64,000 nucleotides of DNA from Candidatus Multivoradales bacterium (GCA_965224065.1 CBDCYF010000005.1:3596491-3660490), one strand, 5' to 3'. Positions 18,592-30,993 are shown, counted from the stretch's first letter. Made by a program: numbers and translations. The notes: generated from the sequence alone by a model not told the origin.

Positions 18592-19371
18592 ATGGTCAAG
18601 AATCGAACCCTGATGACGCTGGCCGTGTTCGCGGCGCTGGCGGTGGTGGCAACCGGCTGTGGTGGCGGCGGCGGAGAGCGACAGGCCGAGGCGCCGGCTC
18701 CCACCGCGGCACCCCCCGCGGCGGCCCCCGCCGGTCCCACCGGCACGGTGACCGGCACGGTGAGCTACACCAACGGCGACCCCGACACGCCGATCAAGAT
18801 GGACGCCGACCCGGTCTGTGCCGGGCTCCACGCCGAGCCCGTTTTGACCGAGACGATCGTCGCCGACGCCGGCAAGCTGGCCAACGCGTTTGTCTATGTC
18901 AAGTCCGGTCTATCCGGCAACTATTCGCCGCCCGCCGAAGCCCATGTGCTCGACCAGAAGGGCTGCCGGTACATGCCCCATGTCTCCGGTGTCCAGGTCG
19001 GTCAGACGCTCAAGATCACCAACAGCGACGACACCCTCCACAACGTCCATGCGCTGGAGGGGGCCAACCCGGAATTCAACCAGGGCCAGCCGTTCAAGGG
19101 GATGGAGATCGAGAAGACTTTCGACAACCCCGAGGTCATGGTGCGTTTCAAGTGTGACGTCCACCCGTGGATGGGCGCCTACATGGCGGTGCTCGACCAT
19201 CCATTCTTTGCGGTCAGCGGCACCGATGGCTCCTTCACCATTGACGGCCTGCCGCCGGGCGAGTACGAGCTCGAGGCCTGGCACGAGACGCTGGGCGCGC
19301 AGACCACCACCGTCACGGTGGCCGCCGACACCGCGTCCGCGGCGAGCTTCGAGTTCGCGCCCGCGGCCTAG
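18592..19371 (+). CDS. Lipoprotein with carboxypeptidase-regulatory-like beta-sandwich and a cupredoxin-like copper site
   Basis: Lipobox ATGC; HNVH and CDVHPWM motifs; AAGGAGG RBS. Confidence 0.75.
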   Translation: MVKNRTLMTLAVFAALAVVATGCGGGGGERQAEAPAPTAAPPAAAPAGPTGTVTGTVSYTNGDPDTPIKMDADPVCAGLHAEPVLTETIVADAGKLANAFVYVKSGLSGNYSPPAEAHVLDQKGCRYMPHVSGVQVGQTLKITNSDDTLHNVHALEGANPEFNQGQPFKGMEIEKTFDNPEVMVRFKCDVHPWMGAYMAVLDHPFFAVSGTDGSFTIDGLPPGEYELEAWHETLGAQTTTVTVAADTASAASFEFAPAA

Positions 19372-19394
19372 AGCATTCTCCAGCGGATCGACCC

Positions 19395-19423
19395 AGGCGG
19401 GGCCTCTGGCCCCGCCTTTTTTT
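19395..19423 (+). terminator. Rho-independent terminator ending the Rieske/cyt b operon
   Basis: AGGCGGGGCC-TCT-GGCCCCGCCT followed by a T tract. Confidence 0.85.
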
Positions 19424-19476
19424 CTTTTTGGGCGCCATCCGGTTTCGTTTTTGCGCTCGGGCGAGTCTAATGGGAC

Positions 19477-20124
19477 ATGGAGACGATGTCGGTCAGCCGG
19501 TTCCCAGGTCCGAAGGCGGTGCCAGCTCCCTCGCTACCCAGCAGCGAGCGCGAGCTCTGGCCGCTGGTGGCCGGCGGAGACCGGCAGGCCGCCGAACGTC
19601 TGGTCGAGCTGTCGTACCGGAAAATCTTTGCCTCATTGGTCCAACTCGCCGGCGGCGATGTCGAGCTGGCCGCGGACCTGACCCAGGAGACCTATCGCAA
19701 GGCCTGGACCTCGCTCGGCCGCTTCCAGGGCGGAGCCCGGTTCTCCACCTGGCTCTATCGGATCGCCTACAACACCTTTGTCACCCATGTCCGCAAACCG
19801 GCCCCACTGGCGCCGCTCGACGAGCGCCAGGTCGACGCGATTCCCGACGCCGGTGAGTCCCAGCTCGACGGTCTGACCCGCTCGGCCGACGCCGGCCGGG
19901 TGCGCCGGGCGGTGCTCAAGCTACCCGAGACGCTGCGGTTCGCGGTGACGGCCCGTTACTGGGCCGAGCTGCCGGTCCGCGAGATCGCCCGGCTACAGGG
20001 GATCTCCGAGGTCGGTGTCCGCAAACGGCTCAAGCGCGCGCTCCGTCTGCTGTCCGAACGGCTGTCCGACGAGCCGGTCGATGTCGCGCATCGCCCAAAC
20101 GAATCGAAAGAAGAAGCACCATGA
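19477..20124 (+). CDS. ECF RNA polymerase sigma factor
   Basis: ADLTQETYRKAW, FSTWLYRIAYN (region 2), LPETLR...REIARLQGISEVGVRKRLKRA (region 4). Confidence 0.92.
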   Translation: METMSVSRFPGPKAVPAPSLPSSERELWPLVAGGDRQAAERLVELSYRKIFASLVQLAGGDVELAADLTQETYRKAWTSLGRFQGGARFSTWLYRIAYNTFVTHVRKPAPLAPLDERQVDAIPDAGESQLDGLTRSADAGRVRRAVLKLPETLRFAVTARYWAELPVREIARLQGISEVGVRKRLKRALRLLSERLSDEPVDVAHRPNESKEEAP

Positions 20125-22394
20125 AGAAGGCCCTCGAAACCCACGAGATCGAAGAGCTGCTGGCGAAGACACGCACGGCTCCCGAGCCCCCCGAGAATCT
20201 GTTGGCCCTGCTCAAAGAGGACATTCCCGAGCCGCTGCCCGCGGTAGAGGAACGCTCTACGAAACCCACGCGGCGACCGATGTATCTCATTGCGGCGTCG
20301 ATCTTTCTGGCGGTCGTCGGCGCGGTGGTCGTTTCCCGGGTGCGCGAGACGCTGCCCGACCCGGCGAGCGCGGTGGGCGATGACAACCGGGAGACGCCGT
20401 TCGTGGCCGTGGAGATCGGCGTGCCGGTCGATGAGGAAACCCCGGTGGCTGCGGCGGTCGAGCCGCGTGCGGAGTCCGAATCCCGGGACGAGAGAGTGGA
20501 CGGGGGCGCCGATCAAGATGTCGCCAATGCGCAGGTTGTCTCCGAGACCCCGTCCTCGCCGGTGACGCCCGGGAAGTCCGGGCGCTCGGAAGAAACAATC
20601 GCCGGCCCGGTTTCCACAGAGGTCCCAAAGCTCGAGGCCGATGCGGCCGATGAGATGGTCGCGCGCGACCGCGTTGCGGATGGCAAGAAGAGAGATCTGT
20701 CCGGGGCCGGCTCGCCGGCGCGGAGCCCAGTGGTGCCGTCCGAAGTCGAGCCGGTCCTGAAGGAAAGGACGACGAGAGCAGAGGTCTTTTCCGATGGGCG
20801 GGTCGTGGTCCAGGGCCGTCCGCCGCAAAGGCGGGTGGAGGAGAACTCCGCCCAGGAGATTCGGCAGCAGATCCCGAAGCCCACCGTGCGCGGCCCCGAG
20901 GCCGACGTAGTTTTCTCTACGTCGGTGCCGGCGCCACCCTCCACCGGCGGAACCGCGGAGCCCAACGACCAGCCCTACGGCGACATGTTCTTTCGCTCCT
21001 ACGGCACCAACCCGTTTGTGGACACCGAGGTGGACGCGCTGTCGACCTTTGGCCTGGACGTGGACACCGGTGCCTACACCGTGGCGCGGAGTTATCTCGA
21101 GCGCGGCCACCTGCCGCCCGCCGAGGCCATCCGGGTCGAAGAGTTCGTCAACTACTTCGACTACGAAGACAGGGCGCCGCGCCGGGGTGACTTCGCGGTG
21201 ACCGCCGAGGGTACCCCTTCGCCGTTTACCGAAGGCCGTGGCTATCAGCTTCTGCGCTTTGGCCTCCACGGCCGCGAGATTCCTGTCCGCGACCGCAAGC
21301 CGGCCGTTCTCACCTTTGTGATCGACGTCTCGGGCTCGATGGGTCGCGAGAACCGGCTCGGGCTGGTCAAGCGCTCGCTCCACCTGCTGCTCGACGAGTT
21401 GGAGGAGCTGGAGTACCGGAAGCGGGGGCGTCCGGGCGATCGGGTCGGTCTGGTGGTCTACGGCAGCCGCGGAGATGTCCTCATCGAGCCCACCGGCGAC
21501 TTCCGAGAGGTTCGGCGCGCAATCGATCGTCTTCGCACCGGCGGCTCGACCAACGCCGAGGAAGGTCTGGTCCTGGGGTACCGGCTGGCCCGCGACCACT
21601 TCCGCCGCGGCGCGGTCAACCGGGTCATCCTGTGCTCGGACGGCGTCGCCAACGTCGGCCGCACGGGTCCCGACTCGATTCTCGAGCGCATCGAGCGCGA
21701 GGCGGATGCGGGAGTCGAGCTCACCACCGTGGGTTTTGGCATGGGCAACTACAACGATGTCCTGATGGAGCAACTGGCCGATCGGGGCGACGGACGCTAT
21801 GCCTATGTCGACACCTACGCCGAGGCCCGGCGTCTTTTTGTGCACGATCTCTCCGGAACCCTGGAGACGATCGCGTCCGACGCCAAGGCCCAGGTCGAGT
21901 TCGACCCGGGGGTGGTGAGCCTCTACCGGCTGCTCGGCTACGAGAACCGCGACATCGCCGACGAGCGCTTTCGCGACGACACCGTCGACGCCGGTGAGGT
22001 CGGCGCCGGCCACCAGGTCACTGCGCTCTACGAGATCAAGCTCGCCAGCGATGCCTCACCGAGCGACACCGTGGCCACCCTGCGGCTTCGCTACCGGTCC
22101 GAGCGCACCGGCCGGGTCGAAGAAGAGGCTGTTCGGTTGCGGGTACGGGATCTCGAGTCGAGCTGGCGCTCGGCCTCGCCCTCGTTGCGGCTGGCCTCGG
22201 TGGCGGCCGAGTTCGCCGAAATCCTCAAGGGCTCCTACTGGGCCAAGAACGCCGACCTCGGCGACCTTCAACGCCGTGCCCGCCGGCTCGAGGACGAGCT
22301 CCGCGGCGACCGCGACGTCGCCGAGCTGGCCGATCTGATCGAGACCGCGACACACCTGATCGGGCCCGGCAGGCCAGCCGATTTCGAAGACTAG
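20121..22394 (+). CDS. YfbK-like vWA protein with a short cytoplasmic N-terminus and one TM helix (probable anti-sigma/sensor)
   Basis: ATGA-coupled to the sigma gene; TM YLIAASIFLAVVGAVVV; STFGLDVDTGAY, VIDVSGSM (MIDAS), ILCSDGVANVG, LLGYENRDI..DAGEVGAGHQVTALYEI. Confidence 0.85.
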   Translation: MKKALETHEIEELLAKTRTAPEPPENLLALLKEDIPEPLPAVEERSTKPTRRPMYLIAASIFLAVVGAVVVSRVRETLPDPASAVGDDNRETPFVAVEIGVPVDEETPVAAAVEPRAESESRDERVDGGADQDVANAQVVSETPSSPVTPGKSGRSEETIAGPVSTEVPKLEADAADEMVARDRVADGKKRDLSGAGSPARSPVVPSEVEPVLKERTTRAEVFSDGRVVVQGRPPQRRVEENSAQEIRQQIPKPTVRGPEADVVFSTSVPAPPSTGGTAEPNDQPYGDMFFRSYGTNPFVDTEVDALSTFGLDVDTGAYTVARSYLERGHLPPAEAIRVEEFVNYFDYEDRAPRRGDFAVTAEGTPSPFTEGRGYQLLRFGLHGREIPVRDRKPAVLTFVIDVSGSMGRENRLGLVKRSLHLLLDELEELEYRKRGRPGDRVGLVVYGSRGDVLIEPTGDFREVRRAIDRLRTGGSTNAEEGLVLGYRLARDHFRRGAVNRVILCSDGVANVGRTGPDSILERIEREADAGVELTTVGFGMGNYNDVLMEQLADRGDGRYAYVDTYAEARRLFVHDLSGTLETIASDAKAQVEFDPGVVSLYRLLGYENRDIADERFRDDTVDAGEVGAGHQVTALYEIKLASDASPSDTVATLRLRYRSERTGRVEEEAVRLRVRDLESSWRSASPSLRLASVAAEFAEILKGSYWAKNADLGDLQRRARRLEDELRGDRDVAELADLIETATHLIGPGRPADFED

Positions 22395-22583
22395 CGAGTC
22401 CGTCCGAATGAGTGGCCGGCGTCCCTGCCGGCCGTCTTGGGGTTGGAGGCAAGCCCGCCTCGAACGGCCGCCAGGGGCGGCGGCCGCTTCAAATGGTCGT
22501 GTCCGCGTAGGACGCACCCCTTCAAAGCGAAGGGCGACCCCGAAACGCACACGGGATAGACTGCCTCTTCCGAGGCGCCCACT

Positions 22584-23546
22584 GTGACCCCTTCCGATCG
22601 CCGCCGCCATCGTTTTACCGTTTTTCTGGCCTGTTGTGTCCTCGGCCTGATCTCCGCCGGAGCGCTCGTCACCAGCAGGGAGGCCGGACTGTCGGTGCCC
22701 GACTGGCCGACCTCGTACGGGGGCCTCAATCCGCCGCGGTGGTGGGCGATCGCGAACGTCCGCGCAGAGCACGGACACCGGTTGATCGCCGGCACGGTCG
22801 CGCTCCTGACCATCGGGATGGCGGTGTGGACCGGCCGGCGGGAGGAGCGTCGGTGGGTCCGCCGGCTTTCGTACCTGGCGGTCGTAGCGGTGCTGGCCCA
22901 AGCGCTCCTGGGAGGTCTCACGGTCCTCTTCTTTCTGCCGACGCCGATCTCGGTCAGCCACGCGGGGCTGGCCCAGTTGTTTTTTTGCATGACCGTGACG
23001 CTGGCGGTTGCGACTTCGCGGTGGTGGAAGCGAGAGCGCGCACCGCGGAAGGAGTGGAGGAGCGTACGGGACGCCGCCACGGCCACGACGGCTCTGGTCT
23101 ACGGACAGATCCTGATCGGCGCGGTGATGCGGCACAGCGGCGCCGGTCTGGCGATTCCTGATTTTCCGCTCGCCTTTGGGCGTCTGATCCCGCCGCGATT
23201 CGATTTTCCGATCGGTATCCACTTCACGCATCGTCTGGGGGCGCTGGTGGTCACGGCTGCGATCGTGTGGCTGTTTGTCCGCATCCGGCGGACCGGCTCG
23301 AAGGACCGTCTGGTCACCGTTCCCGCGGGGCTGTTGCTCGCCCTGGTCGCATTGCAGATCGGCCTGGGGGCGGCGGTGGTCCTGACCGAAAAGGCGGTGG
23401 TTCCCAATACCGTCCACGTCGCCACCGGGGCCTCGATCCTGGCGACCAGCTTGATCGTGGCCCTCGCTTCCTGGCGTCTGGTCGGATCGGTCGAGTCGGC
23501 CGCGCCCGCGAGCCGGCCGGTGGAGTTGCGGGGAGCGGAGTCTTGA
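22584..23546 (+). CDS. ctaA: Heme A synthase (COX15/CtaA)
   Basis: AGLSVPDWP, EHGHRL, SHAGLA, HRLGA, HVATG; 8 TM helices. Confidence 0.9.
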   Translation: MTPSDRRRHRFTVFLACCVLGLISAGALVTSREAGLSVPDWPTSYGGLNPPRWWAIANVRAEHGHRLIAGTVALLTIGMAVWTGRREERRWVRRLSYLAVVAVLAQALLGGLTVLFFLPTPISVSHAGLAQLFFCMTVTLAVATSRWWKRERAPRKEWRSVRDAATATTALVYGQILIGAVMRHSGAGLAIPDFPLAFGRLIPPRFDFPIGIHFTHRLGALVVTAAIVWLFVRIRRTGSKDRLVTVPAGLLLALVALQIGLGAAVVLTEKAVVPNTVHVATGASILATSLIVALASWRLVGSVESAAPASRPVELRGAES

Positions 23547-24439
23547 AGACGGCGACCGCCCCGTCCCGACAATCAGCCCTTCCCAGCGAATGGAGTGACT
23601 ACTTCGAGCTGACCAAGCCGCGGATCACCGTCATGGTGCTGGTGACCACCGTGCTGGGGTTTGTGCTCGGCAAAGAGTCGGACCTCTCGTTCGGGCTCCT
23701 GGCGCTGACCCTGACGGGGACTGGACTCCTGTCGGCGGGCAGTTCCGCCCTCAACCACTTCTGGGAGCGTCGCTCGGACGCCCTGATGGAGCGAACGGCT
23801 TCCCGGCCAGTCGCCGCCGGAAGGATGGACTGGCGGCGAGCCCTGGCGTTCGGGCTGACGCTGTCGCTTGCCGGAGTGGTCCTGCTGGCGCTCACGGTCA
23901 ACCTGCTCACCGCGGCGCTGGGTCTGGCGGCGGTCCTCAGCTATGTGCTGGTCTACACACCGCTCAAGAAGGTCACTTCGTTGGCCACGCTGGTGGGGGC
24001 GGTGCCGGGGGCGCTGCCGCCGATGATGGGCTGGACCGCGGCCCGCAACGATCTGTCGGCGGGGGCCTGGATCCTCTTTGGCATCCTGTTTCTCTGGCAG
24101 CTCCCGCATTTTCTCGCCATCGCCTGGCTGTGTCGCGGGGACTACGCGCGGGCCGGTTTCCCGATGCTGCCGGTCGTCGAGCCGGACGGCCGCTCGACCG
24201 CGCGGCAGGCGGTGCTCTATGGCGCGGCGCTCCTGCCCGTTTCGCTTCTTCCGACTTTTGCGGGTCTTGCCGGCGGACCGTACTTTTTTGGCGCGATGTT
24301 GCTCAGCGTGGCCTTTCTTGCCGTGTGCGTGGCGTTCTATCGCTCCGCCGACAACCGTTCGGCCCGCCGCGTGCTGCTGGTCTCGGTGATCTACCTGCCG
24401 GCGGTGCTCGCGGTGATGACTCTCGACCGCTTTGTCTGA
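23543..24439 (+). CDS. ctaB: Heme O synthase (protoheme IX farnesyltransferase)
   Basis: LTKPRI, DALMERTASRP, YTPLKK, GALPPMMGW, WQLPHF, DYARAGFPMLP; TTG start overlapping the ctaA stop. Confidence 0.93.
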   Translation: MKTATAPSRQSALPSEWSDYFELTKPRITVMVLVTTVLGFVLGKESDLSFGLLALTLTGTGLLSAGSSALNHFWERRSDALMERTASRPVAAGRMDWRRALAFGLTLSLAGVVLLALTVNLLTAALGLAAVLSYVLVYTPLKKVTSLATLVGAVPGALPPMMGWTAARNDLSAGAWILFGILFLWQLPHFLAIAWLCRGDYARAGFPMLPVVEPDGRSTARQAVLYGAALLPVSLLPTFAGLAGGPYFFGAMLLSVAFLAVCVAFYRSADNRSARRVLLVSVIYLPAVLAVMTLDRFV

Positions 24440-24461
24440 GCGTCGTGCGAAGCTCGATTCG

Positions 24462-25625
24462 ATGACCGACTACGAGAAACGCTTCGACTCTCTCGAGACC
24501 AACGTAGTACACGCCGGGGCGCCGCATCCCCGCATACGCGGCGCGGTGGTGTCGCCGATCTTCCAATCGGCAAATTTCCTGATGGCCGAAGAGGGCGCGT
24601 ACGACGAGGTGCGCTACCTCAGGTTGAGCAACTCGCCCAGCCACTTGACGCTCCAGGCGCGCCTGGCGGCGATCGAGTCCGGTGAGGCGGCGCTGGTAAC
24701 CGCCAGCGGCATGGCGGCGATCTCGAGCTCGATCCTGACCTTTGTCTCCAAGGGCGACCATCTGCTCGCCCAGACCACGCTCTACGGAGGCACCCAGAGT
24801 CTGTTCGACGAAAACTTGCCGCGGTTCGGGGTGTCCCACACGCCGATCGACCTGGCGGCGCCGGATACCTGGGGCGAGGCGCTGCGGCCCGAGACGCGGC
24901 TCTTGTATGTCGAATCGATCTCCAATCCATTGATGGAAGTGGGCGACCTGCGGGCGGCGGTCGAGTTCGCGCGCGCCAATGGCCTGATTACGGTGATCGA
25001 CTCGACCTTTGCCACCCCGGTCAACTTCCGGCCGCTCGAGCTCGGCTTCGACGTGGTGGTCCACAGCGCGACCAAGTACTTGAACGGTCACAGCGACGTC
25101 GTCGCCGGCGCGGTCATGGGGTCGGCCGACAAGGTGGGCAAGATCCGGCACTGGACCCTCCACGCAGGCGGTTCGGCGGATCCTCATGCTTGTTTTTTGT
25201 TCGAGCGCGGTCTCAAGACGCTGGCGCTGCGAGTGGAGCGCCAGAACGCCAACGCCCAACGGTTGGCCGAGTTTCTGAGTGGCCGCGCCGAAGTGCGCCG
25301 GGTCAACTACCCGGGACTGCCCGACGACCCCGGACACGGTCATGCAAAAGACCTCTTTTCGGGTTTTGGCGGGATGCTCTCCTTCTATGCGGCCGACGCC
25401 GAGGCGGCCGAGCGGTTTCTCGGCCGCGTGCGCATCCCTCTCCACGCCGCGAGTCTCGGAGGAGTCGAGACTCTGGTGGTTCGGCCGTCGCGCAGCTCGC
25501 ACCTGGGGCAGAGTCCCGAAGAGCGCGAGCGGCTGAGGATCACTGACGATCTGATCCGGGTGTCGGTCGGGATCGAGAACGCCGACGAGTTGATCGCGGA
25601 CTTCGAACGGGCCTTGGCCGGGTAG
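24462..25625 (+). CDS. Cys/Met metabolism PLP enzyme (cystathionine gamma-synthase/lyase family)
   Basis: SGMAAIS, YGGT, ESISNP, DSTFATP, HSATKYLNGHSD, SLGGVE, RVSVGIE. Confidence 0.92.
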   Translation: MTDYEKRFDSLETNVVHAGAPHPRIRGAVVSPIFQSANFLMAEEGAYDEVRYLRLSNSPSHLTLQARLAAIESGEAALVTASGMAAISSSILTFVSKGDHLLAQTTLYGGTQSLFDENLPRFGVSHTPIDLAAPDTWGEALRPETRLLYVESISNPLMEVGDLRAAVEFARANGLITVIDSTFATPVNFRPLELGFDVVVHSATKYLNGHSDVVAGAVMGSADKVGKIRHWTLHAGGSADPHACFLFERGLKTLALRVERQNANAQRLAEFLSGRAEVRRVNYPGLPDDPGHGHAKDLFSGFGGMLSFYAADAEAAERFLGRVRIPLHAASLGGVETLVVRPSRSSHLGQSPEERERLRITDDLIRVSVGIENADELIADFERALAG

Positions 25626-25631
25626 CGATTG

Positions 25632-26207
25632 GTGGCGAGGGCCAAAAAAAAGCGCTGCGAGTGGGCGGGGGACGACCCACTGATGATCGCCTACCACGAC
25701 GAGGTGTGGGGCGTACCGGTCCACGACGATCGGGAGCTTTTCGAGTTCTTGATCCTGGAGGGCGCCCAGGCCGGTCTCTCCTGGTCGACGGTGCTCAAGA
25801 AGCGCGAGCGGTACCTCGAGGTCTTTGCGGGCTTTGACCCGGCGAAGGTGGCGCGTTTTGACAGCCGTAAGAAAAAGAGGCTGCTCGCCGATCCCGGGAT
25901 CATCCGCAACCGGTTGAAAGTCGATTCCGCGGTCCGCAATGCGTGTGCGTTTCTGAAAGTACAGAAGGAATTCGGATCGTTTGACGACTATCTCTGGTCG
26001 TTTGTGGACGGAAAGCCGATCAGAAACCGCTGGAAGAGCCTGCGGGAGATCCCGGCCAAAACCGAGCTTTCGGACCGGTTGAGCAAGGACCTCAAAAAGC
26101 GCGGCTTCAATTTTGTCGGCTCGACCATCTGCTACGCCTTTCTCCAGGCCACCGGAGTGGTCAACGATCACGTGGTTTCCTGCTTTCGCTACAAATCCAT
26201 CCGGTAA
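25632..26207 (+). CDS. tag: DNA-3-methyladenine glycosylase I
   Basis: [50 protein letters not shown]. Confidence 0.95.
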   Translation: MARAKKKRCEWAGDDPLMIAYHDEVWGVPVHDDRELFEFLILEGAQAGLSWSTVLKKRERYLEVFAGFDPAKVARFDSRKKKRLLADPGIIRNRLKVDSAVRNACAFLKVQKEFGSFDDYLWSFVDGKPIRNRWKSLREIPAKTELSDRLSKDLKKRGFNFVGSTICYAFLQATGVVNDHVVSCFRYKSIR

Positions 26208-26233
26208 CAGCAAACGGACCAGTTGATGGGCCG

Positions 26234-28516
26234 ATGAGAGCGATCCTGCCAGGATGGGCGAGCCGGATCGGCGCGCTGGGCCTGTCGCTGGCTCTGCTCG
26301 CCACGATGCCGGCCTGGGCGGGGGAGCCCGGCGACCGAGAGCCCAACCGACTGATCCACGAGAGCAGCCCCTATCTCAGGCTCCACGCCTACAACCCGGT
26401 CGACTGGTACCCGTGGGGGTCCGAAGCCCTCGAACGCGCGCGCGAAGAAGGCAAGCCGATCTTTCTCTCGATCGGCTACTCGACCTGCTACTGGTGCCAC
26501 GTCATGGAGCGCGAGGTGTTCGCCGACTCCGAGATCGCCGAGCGGATGAATCGATGGTTCGTCAACATCAAGGTCGACCGGGAAGAGCGTCCCGACCTGG
26601 ACGAGATCTACATGGTCGCGACCCAGTTGGTGACCCGCCGCGGCGGGTGGCCCAATTCGGTCTTTCTGACCCCCGAGCTCGAGCCGTTCTTCGCCGGCAC
26701 TTATTTCCCGCCGGAGGATCGAGGTGGTCGACCGGGTTTCCCGACCGTTCTCGAGTCGCTCCACCAAGCCTGGGAGACCAAGAGGGGCGAGGTAAAAGCC
26801 CATGCGGCGCGGATCGCGCGGGCCATCGAGCGGGCCATTGGGGGCCCGTTGGGGAGTGCCGCGGCTGCGCCCGAGCTCGAAGACGCCGAGGCCGTGGCCG
26901 CGGGCCTCGCCAAGAGCTTTGACGCGCAGCGGGGCGGGTTCGGAGGTGGACCCAAGTTCCCGTCGCCCTCGAATCTCTTTCTGTTGTGGGGTCGCGCTCG
27001 CGCCGGAGATGCCCAAGCCCGTGAGATCGTGCTTACGACCCTGCACAAGATGGGGGAGGGGGCGATCTACGACCAGCTCGATGGTGGGTTCCATCGCTAC
27101 ACCCTGGATGCGGCGTGGCGGATCCCGCACTTCGAGAAGATGCTTTACGACAACGCGCTGCTGGCCGATCTTCTCGCGGTCGTGGGGACCGAGGCTTCGG
27201 CCGCCGAGCTGGTCCGGTTGGCGCGGGGCACGCTCGACTTTGTGCTGCGCGAGCTGACGCTTCCCAACGGGGCCTTCAAGTCGGCGATCGACGCCGAGAC
27301 CGACGCGGTCGAGGGCGCGTTTTATGTCTGGACCCGGAACGAGCTGGACCAGGTCCTGGGAGAAGAGGGGGCGAAGCTGCTCGGTCCCATCCTTGGCTTC
27401 GACGGCAAGCCGAATTTCGAACACGATCGCTACACCCTCTATCTGACGGCGTCGCTGGACGAGCACGCCGAGCGGTTGGGGATCTCCCGCGAAGCCCTGC
27501 TCGGCCGGCTGACACCGCATCTCGAGAAATTGCGCGCCCACCGCGCCCGGCGCGAGTTTCCGCTGGTCGACGACAAGGTCCTGACGGACTGGAACGGACT
27601 GATGATCGCGGCGATGGCCCGTGCCGGCTCGCTTCTGGAGGAAGAGCGCTATCTCGACGCCGCCGTGCGCGCGGCGGAGTTTGCTCTGGCCATGGTGGAT
27701 GATGACGGCACGCAGCTCCACGTTTGGCGCGGCGGCGAGGCCCGGATCGTGGCCTTTGTCGACGACTACGCCTTTCTGATCCGGGCGCTGCTGGTCCTGC
27801 GCGAGGCCACCGGCGAGGGCCGCTGGCTCGACCAGGCGCGGCGGCTCTCCGAGCAGATGGAGAGGCGTCTGGCGGCCCCCGGCGGGGGCTACTATTCGAG
27901 TGGCGAGCAAAGCGACCTGCTGGTGCGCGCGCTCAGTGCCAGCGACGGCGCCATCCCGTCGGGCAACGGGATCGCCGTTCTCAACCACCTGGAGCTTGCC
28001 CGGTGGACCGGCGACGCGGAATATCGTCGTCGGGCGGGAGCCGCGCTGCACGGCTTTGCCGCCGATCTGGCGAGCGGATCGCGCTCGGCCGCAACCCTGG
28101 CCGAAGCGCTTTTTCGATATAGGTCCTCGACGGGTGCCCGGTCTTCACCGTTCGGCGAGCTCGCTCAGAGAGTCGTCAGCGCAAACGCCCGTCGGACCGG
28201 GGAAACCGAGGATGGCAGCCGGCCCTTCGAAATCCGGCTCGAGATCGAAGCCGGCTGGCACGTCAACGCCAACCCGGCGTCGCTCGACTTTCTCGTGCCG
28301 ACCAGCATCGAGGGAGAGGTGAGTCGCCTGGTCTACCCCGATCCGCAGGCCTTTCGTTTCGAATTCGCACCCAAAGCGATCGACGTCTACAGCGGGTCGG
28401 TTCGGATCCGGGGCGAGCTCGGCGAAGGAGCCGACGAGCTTCGCCTCACCTACCAGGCCTGCGACGATACCCGGTGTCTCCCGCCAGTGACCCGGGATCT
28501 CCGACTGGACGGCTGA
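26234..28516 (+). CDS. YyaL/SPATA20-family thioredoxin + alpha/alpha-barrel protein with signal peptide and C-terminal DsbD-N-like domain
   Basis: [55 protein letters not shown]; C-terminal GWHVNAN...[12 protein letters not shown]. Confidence 0.9.
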   Translation: MRAILPGWASRIGALGLSLALLATMPAWAGEPGDREPNRLIHESSPYLRLHAYNPVDWYPWGSEALERAREEGKPIFLSIGYSTCYWCHVMEREVFADSEIAERMNRWFVNIKVDREERPDLDEIYMVATQLVTRRGGWPNSVFLTPELEPFFAGTYFPPEDRGGRPGFPTVLESLHQAWETKRGEVKAHAARIARAIERAIGGPLGSAAAAPELEDAEAVAAGLAKSFDAQRGGFGGGPKFPSPSNLFLLWGRARAGDAQAREIVLTTLHKMGEGAIYDQLDGGFHRYTLDAAWRIPHFEKMLYDNALLADLLAVVGTEASAAELVRLARGTLDFVLRELTLPNGAFKSAIDAETDAVEGAFYVWTRNELDQVLGEEGAKLLGPILGFDGKPNFEHDRYTLYLTASLDEHAERLGISREALLGRLTPHLEKLRAHRARREFPLVDDKVLTDWNGLMIAAMARAGSLLEEERYLDAAVRAAEFALAMVDDDGTQLHVWRGGEARIVAFVDDYAFLIRALLVLREATGEGRWLDQARRLSEQMERRLAAPGGGYYSSGEQSDLLVRALSASDGAIPSGNGIAVLNHLELARWTGDAEYRRRAGAALHGFAADLASGSRSAATLAEALFRYRSSTGARSSPFGELAQRVVSANARRTGETEDGSRPFEIRLEIEAGWHVNANPASLDFLVPTSIEGEVSRLVYPDPQAFRFEFAPKAIDVYSGSVRIRGELGEGADELRLTYQACDDTRCLPPVTRDLRLDG

Positions 28517-28759
28517 CCGCTATAGGACTTTCCGTTCCAGCGATTCGGGGTCCCCCTTCCAACTCTGAGGCGGCCGGCGCCCTCCCGGCCGCCGGGCCGC
28601 CGTCTCCGGTGCGCGCACGGGCGGGGGCAAGGTCGGCCCCAGCACCCGAAACGGGTTCCGTTGAAGCGGCCGCCGTCTCTGGCGGCCGTAGCCGTTGGGC
28701 CAACCGTCGCTAAAACACCGGCAATAATCGGTTGAAGTCGGACGAAAAGCCCCAGAAGC

Positions 28760-30597
<1,838 letters not shown>

Positions 30598-30601
<4 letters not shown>

Positions 30602-30963
30602 TCAGTCGCACCGTCGAGGGGGGCGCCCGCCCCCGGCTCTTCGAGCTCGCGCAGCTCGACGAGCTCCCGATGGTGGCGAGCGTCTAGGCGGTTGAGCGCC
30701 AGCGCGTAGACCAGGATCAAGAGAACAAACGTCAGGATGCTCCCCTGCTGGGCAAACCAGAACCCCAGCGGAAAACCTCCAATGCTGTACTGGTTGAGGA
30801 CATCCGCCAGCAGCACTCCACAGCCCAGGCCGATCGCGGCCCAGATCGCGAGCAGGATCGCCATCACCCGCAGGTTGGAACGCCAGTACCGGTCGATCGA
30901 CGCCGCCACCTTGGGGTCGCGGACGTCGATCGCCGTCCGATCGGGCTTTGCCTCACCGGTCAT
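30598..30963 (-). CDS. DUF4212 small membrane protein, partner of the SSS transporter
   Basis: YWRSNLR, GGFPLGFWFAQQGSI; ATGA-coupled to the symporter. Confidence 0.9.
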
Positions 30964-30993
30964 TCACTCACCTGGTCACGCTCGAGTCGATCG

